A stretch of 64,000 nucleotides of DNA from Callorhinchus milii (Eukaryota): positions 12,524,001 to 12,588,000 of the forward strand of contig NW_024704748.1 in the NCBI RefSeq assembly GCF_018977255.1, given 5' to 3'. Of this stretch, positions 40,401 through 64,000 are shown one piece after another. The notes under the pieces are model-generated. The model did no database searches and had not been told where the DNA came from. It saw nothing but the letters and a program-made list of their open reading frames with translations. Numbering within the stretch: position 1 is the first letter of the stretch; each line of letters opens with the position of its first letter. The position numbers were made by a program, and so were the translations under genes.

Positions 40401-41421
40401 GTAGGGTTTGGAAAATGAGCTCAAGTATTTGTTGAAGATAATGGGAAAGAAAGGTTAAAAGTTTTTATTAAAGGACCTACTCAAATGTAAAGCTTTCTTT
40501 CCTCTCTAGGGTATGGGCACGGATGACAGAACTTTGGTTAGAATCATGGTGTCTCGCTGTGAGGTTGACATGCTGGATATCAGAGCTGAATTCAAGAAGC
40601 TTTACGGGAAGTCACTGTACACCTTCATCTCGGTAACTATCGCACTGCAGCGCTGTCTGATGTATGGCTGGGTGAAAAGTCCAGAGCAATTCAACCATGT
40701 CTCCCCCACACCATGTCTCACAATCTTCTGTTTGCTGGAACTATTTTTGTTACCGAAGTTAACTCTTATTTCTCCTCCAACCCCTTTTCACGAACCTTCA
40801 CCAAAGCCCCTTTGGGGTAGCCACACTAAGAGATTTGAGGCAGCTTTCTGGCAATTGTCTCCAGTAGAGCACCTGAAATTGGGAGCTCAGCAACATGCCG
40901 GGGCAGAGAAATTAGGTCCGAGTCCACCCGTTTCGTCAACCTCCCCCGCCCCATCCCCAACGTTGTGATTAGAACTACTTCTCACCTTCCAATATGATAT
41001 GGTTGTTTCTTCAAAATCTTGGATCTTTCTGGTCTACTGCTCAGTTTGCATCAGGCAATGGTTTTACTTGCTAATGTCTTAATCTGTTTTTAAAGGTAGC
41101 AATAAATGTTGTGCATCTTCGTGCCTGTGTTTTTTTTCCCCAAAAAAACTTCCAAATGTAAAATTGCACCCACGCGCCGAAGCTTGTCTTGTAATCCCAA
41201 GCTTCCCGATGACTTATTGTGTCGTAAATGTTGGTGTATATTCTTTTTTGCGGGGAGGGCACAGGGGGGGTTGCCTGCATTAGTGCTTTAACTGTGCAGC
41301 CTGTGGAGAACCAAACTGATGTACCTTGTGGTTAATAATCTTTTTGTGCCTTTGTTGCCAGGGTGACACCTCCGGAGATTACAAGAAGCTCCTGCTGCAG
41401 CTGTGCGGGGGCAATGACTAA
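19371..41421 (+). CDS. ANXA11: Annexin A11, complete spliced CDS (14 coding exons, 1632 nt, 543 aa)
   Basis: Exons joined by hand at GT-AG sites give one open frame: MSYPGYP..GGNAWGG..GM / Gly-Tyr-Pro-rich domain / [77 protein letters not shown]. The N-terminal exon 2 motif and the CGGND end match ANXA11 rather than ANXA7. Core exon sizes are 95/114/91/80/57/94/96/59/123 nt. Confidence 0.95.
19697..19812 (+). CDS. ANXA11: ANXA11 coding exon 2 ([20 protein letters not shown])
   Basis: tttcAG acceptor, GTAAGC donor; phase matches neighbouring exons. Confidence 0.92.
20325..20640 (-). mobile_element. L2-like 3' end fragment
   Basis: Same tail as 31480-31542 in reverse; FKAHLKT on the minus strand. 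Another copy at ~39370-39580. Confidence 0.7.
21105..21611 (+). CDS. ANXA11: ANXA11 coding exon 3, low-complexity domain with octapeptide repeats
   Basis: gcAG acceptor, GTAAGG donor, 507 nt in frame. Confidence 0.92.
21246..21557 (+). repeat. 24-bp coding tandem repeat (GYPSGPPQ-like) x13 within ANXA11 exon 3
   Basis: GGTTACCCATCAGGGCCCCCTCAA units, diverging towards the 3' end. Confidence 0.95.
25298..25385 (+). CDS. ANXA11: ANXA11 coding exon 4 ([15 protein letters not shown])
   Basis: AG/GT boundaries; start of annexin repeat 1. Confidence 0.93.
26718..26812 (+). CDS. ANXA11: ANXA11 coding exon 5 (GTDEQAI..KTAYGK)
   Basis: AG/GT boundaries, 95 nt, GTDE motif. Confidence 0.95.
27771..27884 (+). 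CDS. ANXA11: ANXA11 coding exon 6 ([20 protein letters not shown])
   Basis: AG/GT boundaries, 114 nt. Confidence 0.95.
28574..28664 (+). CDS. ANXA11: ANXA11 coding exon 7 ([16 protein letters not shown]..)
   Basis: AG/GT boundaries, 91 nt. Confidence 0.95.
29930..31542 (+). mobile_element. 5'-truncated, decayed L2-like LINE (RT plus 3' tail) in ANXA11 intron 7
   Basis: [38 protein letters not shown] and SRLDFAN, with stops and frameshifts; ends GTGAAAGGCCCTATACAAATGT then a TTG-type tail. Confidence 0.92.
31851..31930 (+). CDS. ANXA11: ANXA11 coding exon 8 ([26 protein letters not shown])
   Basis: AG/GT boundaries, 80 nt. Confidence 0.94.
32030..32375 (-). mobile_element. LF-SINE-like element
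   Basis: Minus strand has tRNA-like GGTTCAATTCC followed by GTGCTGAATTAGCTAATCTCAG and ATCCAGTGACTCC motifs. Related decayed copies at ~700-930, 20000-20160, 31570-31750, 36840-37075, 47310-47640 and 58660-58750. Confidence 0.6.
32742..32798 (+). CDS. ANXA11: ANXA11 coding exon 9 ([19 protein letters not shown])
   Basis: AG/GT boundaries, 57 nt. Confidence 0.94.
34165..34258 (+). CDS. ANXA11: ANXA11 coding exon 10 ([25 protein letters not shown]..)
   Basis: AG/GT boundaries, 94 nt. Confidence 0.95.
34963..35058 (+). CDS. ANXA11: ANXA11 coding exon 11 ([23 protein letters not shown])
   Basis: AG/GT boundaries, 96 nt. Confidence 0.95.
35582..36165 (+). mobile_element. CR1-like LINE 3' fragment
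   Basis: [21 protein letters not shown] and VVEIWNSLP-type CR1 C-terminal motifs, then a GGGCTGAACGGGC..TGTTCCTATG tail. Confidence 0.85.
39205..39263 (+). CDS. ANXA11: ANXA11 coding exon 12 ([19 protein letters not shown])
   Basis: AG/GT boundaries, 59 nt. Confidence 0.95.
40510..40632 (+). CDS. ANXA11: ANXA11 coding exon 13 ([23 protein letters not shown])
   Basis: AG/GT boundaries, 123 nt. Confidence 0.95.
41362..41421 (+). CDS. ANXA11: ANXA11 last coding exon ([19 protein letters not shown])
   Basis: Acceptor ccAG, stop TAA at 41419-41421. Confidence 0.95.
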   Translation, partial: GDTSGDYKKLLLQLCGGND

Positions 41422-42362
41422 GGAGACGGAGAGTCCAAAACGCCTTTGCAAGAACAGCTTGTTCCATCAAAGCATTTTGTGTTCTTTTATCAGTTTTGTA
41501 TCTGCTTGTAAATGTAATTCTGTTTATCTGCCTATTGCAATTCATTGTTTTTAATCAGATATTTTTCCTTTTTGCCTTTTTGCCTGCCAAAGAAAAAGTT
41601 TCATCTCTCCACCCAATAATATTGCATTGGTATTTCTGAGTATTAAAAAAAATCTACCCAGCGTAAAGCAAACGTATGCAGATGATTCAGTAGCTTAGAT
41701 GCCAAATGGCAAAATGCTCAATTTAGGGGAGCTGAAAGTCCGATGAGCAAGAGGCTGATGTTTGCTTGGTTTTCAAAGCAAATGACACCGTTACAGTAAA
41801 ATTGTTTGTGGCCACTTTGTCTTGTGAAGAGATCCAATATAACCTGTGACGTTGTTCGCATTCAATGAAAAAGAAATGTTTGCAGAATTTCTTTTACATT
41901 CCAATGCAAACGTGGAAATGAATCTGAAAGATTTTATTTTAAAATAAGTCTTCATTGGGTTGCTGGTTTCAGAATGGGGTTGTGCTCACATCAGGAATAT
42001 CCTTTCAATGCTCACCCGCAGCGATAGCATAGATTTAGGTGCCAATTACAATATTTCTTTACTAGAGTGCATTTAAGATTCGACTTCCTGACCAAAGAAT
42101 CCCATGAGTGACCCTTATTCTGCTGGGTTTTATCTGAAGCAATCGGAAAAGGAGCGGATTAGGTGCCTGGCAGTTGCCATGTTGCACAACTGGTAGTGAA
42201 TATGAGGTATCTTAGGCCATCTGACTCCATATCTGGCAGGTTTATTGGTGGCTGAATGCATTGTAGAGGTGTAGCAATCGTTTACAGCCTCAAACTCCTG
42301 CTTATGAGGTGAGAGCTTATGAAGGAAGAAGAATAAGGGTATTGTACTAAAATTGTTCAAAG

Positions 42363-42374
42363 AATAAAAATAAA
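42363..42374 (+). terminator. Probable ANXA11 polyadenylation signals (two adjacent AATAAA)
   Basis: AATAAAAATAAA about 940 nt after the stop codon, followed by T/GT-rich sequence. Confidence 0.6.
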
Positions 42375-42859
42375 ACTTACAAAACCTCTATATTATTGTA
42401 CTGTTTGATCTCAAGTTTGCTATAAAATTTTAAAACCTAAACTATTTCTTACTTATTTATCTCTATATTTGTCTGTCCACTTTCTTTTCACTTCATGGCT
42501 GGTTGTGGAGCATTGCTGTGCACAAATTGGCTGCTGTATTTACCTACAAAATACAAAGACTTTACACTTCACAGTTGTGCAAAAGCCACTCAAGACAATC
42601 TGCTCCCCTTGGCAAAACTTCAGTGTACCCACCCTCCTACCTCCATAGAAGTTCAATAGCTTTAGCTTTAACTTAAGGAGAGATAAATTTAGCTTAAAGC
42701 ACCTACAGACCGCAGCTGACAGTAGCATGCAGCACTTGCTGTAGAGCTGCCCATCTCAATTTCACAAGTGGAGCATTAAAAGAAATTGCTTCTCCCAGAA
42801 TTCTGCTGCCCTAGGCAGCTGCCTACTTTGCCTTTAGCTAAAATGGTCCCTGCAGTCTT

Positions 42860-43255
42860 GTGTCAGCCTTCTTCATTTGGTAGCTCTCTCGCTTCTGAAT
42901 CGGAGGCTGTGGGTTCAAATCCCATGTTGGTTCTTGGAACTCATAGTCAAAGCTGACACTCCAATTAGGGGTGTGTTGCATTGTCGGAGATGCCATCCTT
43001 CAGATGAGATGTTAAACTGAGGTCGTGCCTGTCTGTTCAGGTGGACATTAAAGATCCCATTGCACTTTTAAAAGAGAAGGGAGTTCTCCCGGTGTCCTAG
43101 CCAACAATCCCCTAAATAAGATTGGCCATTCACTTGATGGGTGTTTGTGGGACTGCTGTATGCATTTTGGCTGCAGCATTTGCCCACAAAACATGGTTAC
43201 TGAACTTTACAGTATACCTTGTGAAGCGCCTTGGGTTGTCCTGACATAATAGGCT
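42860..43255 (+). mobile_element. Near full-length DeuSINE (SacSINE1/AmnSINE-like)
   Basis: tRNA-like head with B box GGTTCAAATCC (42912-22), Deu-type body GATGAGATGTTAAACTGAGG..AAAGATCCCATTGCAC..GGAGTTCTCCCGGTGTCC..TTGTGGGA..TTGGCTGC and tail GTGAAGCGCCTTGGG. Family recognised from memory. Confidence 0.75.
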
Positions 43256-44799
43256 TGTTTTACTATTCTTATTGGAAGCATACAGTCTTAAATGTTCTTA
43301 GCTTTCATACATATTCTGAACATAATATTGATACACTCCTGAGCAACTCCATATTTTAAAAATCAATTTTTAAAAAAAGGAATCTAGCAAATTGGTTCTT
43401 TACTCACTTATTGAGTTGCAGGAACAAAATGTGTAAAATATTTGCTTTGTGTCTGGCTTTATATTTTCCTTCTGTTTCTCTCTTGGAAATTTTTATGCAG
43501 TACTACACTACCCAGTTAGGTTAAGTTTCACCATCCACAGAAGAGCTATTTCCATTCTCTGCAGTGCAGTGTTATTTTCAAATAAAAATGCAGAATAAGG
43601 CTGATGCTGGAAGATAGACATTTTCCCTAAGTATTACCACGTTTAGATGTATCCTTTGTTCCCCACATACATCTTTTGGCATCATTTAAACCTTTCATTT
43701 TTTTATCAATATAAAAAATTTTTTACTCTAAACCTATCGCCCTGCGGACTGAACCTGACCTTAACCATGCTGTCAAATGAAGCTGGCAGAAGTAACACAG
43801 AAGACTGAAAGCAGCTTTTATGGGACCTCACTAATACTGGTCTACGTTCCCATGACATTGAACTGCGCTAATGCTGACAGGAAATGAAAGTATATTTTAT
43901 ATAGATGCTAAGCTTCACTCTGTGTCTACGTCCGCACAAAATATACTGTTGTTAGACGATTAACTTCATATCTACTATGTATTTCTTATTACTTGAGGAG
44001 TAATGATAATTAACTGTACTGAATCATTAAACAAATGGTAGGCATTCTTCTGAGTTTGTGAAAGGTGCTTTCAATTAATGTAATGAAGGTTTTTTTTCCA
44101 TCTGCAAAGGTGGCGTCTAAATATTGCTGCTGCTCGATCAAGCTGCTGGCATTTCTACTGGTTCCATTGCTCAAAGTTGCAGCAACAGTACTGCATATAC
44201 TATTCCCCCCAACCACTCCAATCCATGTGAATGTGAAGTAGTTGCAAGAGGAACAGTTTTTTCACAGTGCCTGTAATTGCCACTGTATGTCAAGCTCTTT
44301 AACTGCTCATCACTGATTTGGTCAATAAGCTTCACACTGTAAGGATCCAGGTTACAGATGGGGAACATTTGACAGATTGACACCCGGTTCGCTGCTAAAG
44401 CGATTGGGTAAGGAGGAGTGGCATTTTTGTGATCAACTGGGCGATTGATAAATGGAGAAACCCTTCACTATGCTGAAGCATATCAACCCAAACTAAGAGT
44501 TCCTTGTATGCTACCTATAAATGGACATTTCCATATCTGGAATTAAATGCACACTCACTCCCTGGAAAAATGTGCCTTGTTCACCTAATTCCGGAGAGTA
44601 TTAGGTGCAGGTAGCAAGAGCTAAGGCTTGGGGACCCCCACAATGTGCATTGGGGGTACTGCTGGAGTCTAACCACATTCTTTAGACTGCTTCTCAACAG
44701 CAGTTACAGACCATGAGATTTAGCGCTGTGTGGGTCTGAGTAAATCAGCAGTGCTCTTTCGGTGCTCCTACAAATTATGAGGTGTTGTCTGTTACTCAG

Positions 44800-45692
44800 C
44801 ACCAGTGCAGCTTGCACGGCTGGACGTGTGGGCTTTCACGTAGCGATGAGACACAAGAGACGTGTTTGCACGTTTAAATGCACCGTATACGTTTATATAT
44901 AAGGTGGAGTCTAAGCGCTCTGAGACGCTTCCCTGCGCCACACAAGTGCCAGTTGTCGCTGCATGTTATTTCTGGGGTTTACCCGCAAAACACACAGTCA
45001 CTCCACTTCACAGTGACATCTTCGAGACGCGCGTCTCTGACGCGAAAGGCGGACACCAAACACGAGGATTATTATTTGGTCATCATTGCATCGTTAGCTA
45101 CTTCGCGCAACTCAACGCGACTTCCCTCTCGGCTTTGGCACGAAGTATGGCGTTTGGGCGAACCCTGGGAGCGGAACCGGTGATTTGAACAGATGGCGGG
45201 AAATCACAGTGTGGGGTTCAGATCAGAGCCGACAGCAGCCACTGTGCAGAGTGTGGGGGACGCTCAGCCTCGGCACCGCAGCCGAGGGCCGGCAGGTGGC
45301 GCTGTGGCCGGAGGGGGAGCGACAACGCGTGGCCAGGGAGAGGAGGACAGGAGAGGCCCGGCCAGGGGCGGGTGGCGTAGAGGCCGGGAGACCGGGGTCA
45401 GGCGGGGAGGGGGGAGCGGGATACCGGGGTCAGGGGAGGCCGGGAGGGCGGGAGGCCGGGGTCAGGGGGGGAGCGGGAGGCCGGGGTCAGGCGGGGAGGG
45501 GGGAGCGGGAGGCCCGGGTCAGGCGGGGGAGCGGGAGGCCGGGGTCAGGCGGGGGGGGGGAGGAGCGGGAGGCCGGGGTCAGGCGGGAGGGGAGCGGAGG
45601 CCGGGGTCAGGCGGGGAGGGTGGGGGTGGGGGGGACCGGGAGGTCGGGGATCGGAGCTGCTACGAACACACCGAAGACTCACAGCCGCGAAG
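44800..45692 (+). promoter_or_regulatory. CpG-island promoter / 5' UTR region of POLR3A
   Basis: High CpG density, ETS-like CGGAA near 45172 and YY1-like AGATGGCG at 45191, directly upstream of exon 1. Confidence 0.7.
45380..45640 (+). repeat. G-rich ~30-bp tandem repeat (GGAGGCCGGGGTCAGGCGGGG..), 8 copies, upstream of the POLR3A ATG
   Basis: GGGTCAG core recurs 8 times between 45393 and 45610. Confidence 0.88.
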
Positions 45693-61301
<15,609 letters not shown>

Positions 61302-62220
61302 GTCAGCTAAACAGTAGAATTCCCAATGTCACCAGTTACCATCTTAGATCAAGGCACGCGTTATGTTTTAGATTACAATGAGGTCTTTATTTTTCCTTTA
61401 CTTTTCCATTCTTTCTCATTCTTGCTTTCATTCACTCTTTCTTTAATCCAACTCTGAAGACTTTAACTGGGACAGGCTGTGAGAACTTCAGTGAGGTAAT
61501 GGCTACCAATCATTTGGTCTTTGTGTAGATTGGCTGTTGGGCATTTCTGTCCTGTGGAGAGAGGCGTGCTCATTATTAATGCAGTGGCTGATTTTTCTAT
61601 TAACCACGCACTATTTTGGTAGAACTTTCAGATCACAATATGTAGTTATTCAGGCAGACATTCTTGTTGTCACACACCAAGAGGTTTATTGTCCTATTCT
61701 GGTGTTGGGCATACATACATCTGTAATGTTGCAAATCCAAATTGAATGCCTAAGAATTTCGTATGAAGCAGATTTGCTTGCAGACCAAAAAACAAGTTAA
61801 CAACTGTCGAAAAAAGGATTCATTATAATATTGAGGAATTGATAGTATTACGCTGTGCAATTATAGCTGAAATGAGCAAATATTAACTCAAATTAGTTGT
61901 GTTAACTGTGTTTGGACATTGGAACAATAGATAAGTTCTGTGTGGGCTGTTTGATTGCCCTATTGGGGCACTAAACTGACTATTTACTGCATGTTAATGT
62001 CTTGGTCTGACACTTTTTTTAAACGAATTGCAAAGTACTTCATAATGAAGGATCATTAGTCATGTCTTCTCTCCATAAAGAAAAAGGGACTATAGGTTTA
62101 ATTATACAGATTGCACCAGAGATGACTGATCAGTTCACATAACTTGAAGCCAAGCTCCACAGGAGATAATATTGAGGAATTGGTAATATTACGCTGTGCA
62201 ATTATAGCTGAAACCCTCCT

Positions 62221-62362
62221 GTGGAGTTCTGACGAAGGGTCGCGGACCCGGAACGTTGACTCACTTTCCTTTCTTCATAGATGCTGCCTGACCTGCTGAG
62301 TGTTCCTAGCGACTTCTGCTTTTGTTTCAGATTTCCAGCATCTGCAGTATTTTGCGTTTTGT
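62221..62362 (+). mobile_element. Penelope-like repeat fragment carrying a minimal hammerhead ribozyme motif
   Basis: GAGTT-CTGACGA-A-GGGTC gcg GACCC-GGAAC-GTT-GACTC, followed by GATGCTGCCTGACCTGCTGAG..CCAGCATCTGCAGTATTTTG; the same tail occurs inverted at 14379-14469. Confidence 0.7.
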
Positions 62363-64000
62363 CCACAAGAGAGAGATATGTTGGATTGGGTGAAACTGTT
62401 TGGATAATTGGGTGTCAAAAAACAGAATGTGTAAAATGCTCTTTGATATTGATGGAAGCATTACAATATTTGTCTTAGATTGATTGACGTATTGCTTTTT
62501 GGCTTTGAAGAAGGTCACATATAGAAGCGAAAATGGTTAGAGAAGTAGAAGTATTTAGGAATTTTATTTTGTTCTGAATAATTGTGTAACTCACAATGTT
62601 AAGTGATACCTTATGTAAAAATGACTAGTTAACAAAGGCTTGGATTTGAGTAGAGTATGTTTGTTGTTCACTGTCTATCATCTGCAACTTCAAAATGAAA
62701 ATATAGCATGGATGATAGTGTTTATTTTGCTGCTGTCAAGTCTAGAAGGCTGTGGAAGGGCGTTCTCTCTCTTGCTGGGACTTTAACACGAAAGAAAGCA
62801 TTTCTTTTCCAAGAATTTTTAGAATATGGAATGCTTTCATCACAAATAGCTGTTAATGTAAATGCTGTTGAAGGCAAGTCAGTAATCACATTTAAGATGG
62901 AATTGGCTAAATATTTGAGGAGAAAAAATATTAAAGTAAGGAGACTAAGCAGAGGGTTTGGTCAGTACGTTCCATTGGAGGAGGTAGCATCAGTAGAGAA
63001 ACCGTGGGCTGAATAGTCTCCACTTGCACTGTTAACTCTCTTTGATTCTGCCATAATTGATATGAGTGATATTTAGTGTTAGTGAGTGGCACTGTCTCAC
63101 TAACACTAATCTTCACAATTACTTTTCTTGAAGTTTTTTTTAAACCTTTTTTATATCTCCTAAGAATCCAAGTGCATTATGGCATACTGTAAATTTTATT
63201 TAGTGTTCTTTAACTGTAGTCTCTGAAAGGGAAAACAGCATTTTGTTGCTTTATTGTGCTGATGTCACGTTGCGAACATGTCTGTTTTCAATGCACAGTT
63301 CTGCCTTTGACACAAATCGCATCATTATACTGCAGTGTTTCCCAGATTCAGAGAAGGGTTGTAGAGCATGGTTTATGAAAGCAGATCCCTCTAAAAACTA
63401 ACTCCAATTCTATTTTTGCATGTTGCTATGGAAGTACCGAGTGTGTGAAGAGTTGTATCTATAGTTTTCGTTAGATTGGCTTAGCATGCTGGATTCTTTT
63501 AAATCTGACTTGAAAAGTACTTGCCAACTTAACCCTCAAAATCTATCCATTGAATACGCTATTAAAGAGTTGTTGATATGGTGAAGTATCTTTGATACTT
63601 GACTGTGTAAGTATCTTTAATACTTCACTGTGTTGTATAGAAAGTTTGCCTCAAACTGTTGTAGCAATGTTGATATACCTGCTGCTATAAATGTTTATTT
63701 TATCTAAAGAAATAGTTGAAACTATGAAGAGCTATGTTGCATGAATTAAGAGTAGTTTTGGCAAATTTACTTGCGACTCCCCTCAGATCACTAGAGAATT
63801 TGCAGATTCCTTTCTGTATACCATCGAATTGCTGGCACCAACCAGGAAACACAGTACCATGGACAGTCTCTCCGTTCAAAGTGCATTTCCGCAGCAAAGC
63901 ATAACAGAGAAGTAGATTTAAAAAAAAACTTTTAGATGAGAATGACTGCAGTAAACATTGCACTGATGCAAAGCTCACTGTAGTACGAAAAGATTCTGAG

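Noticed and set aside
19371-41421. Assignment as ANXA7
   Set aside because: Both proteins begin MSYPGYP, but the exon 2 WGG..GL..QFN..GM motif and the CGGND C-terminus fit ANXA11.
63705-63745. Candidate POLR3A exon 22
   Set aside because: In-frame stop and no resemblance to the expected continuation; the exon is probably beyond the window.

Overview
Eukaryotic (vertebrate) genomic DNA, most likely a cartilaginous fish; this is inferred from its L2/CR1 LINEs, Deu-domain SINEs, LF-SINE-like repeats and compact introns. Two spliced protein-coding genes lie on the + strand. The first is a complete annexin A11 (14 coding exons, 19371-41421, 543 aa, ending CGGND*), whose N-terminal low-complexity domain carries 13 tandem octapeptide repeats. 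The second is the first 21 coding exons (967 codons) of POLR3A, the RNA polymerase III largest subunit (45693-61301), which continues past the window. The probable ANXA11 promoter/first exon sits in a 3.8-kb minisatellite-rich block that is present in only one copy of an old tandem duplication (about 5800-11730 versus 11740-14115). The rest is introns with retroelement remnants, including a Penelope-type minimal hammerhead motif. Most ORFs in the supplied track are exon fragments, repeat artefacts or LINE remnants. I see no clear-cut new biological system. The best leads are the ANXA11 repeat expansion, the promoter-spanning duplication, the hammerhead motif and unusual POLR3A substitutions.
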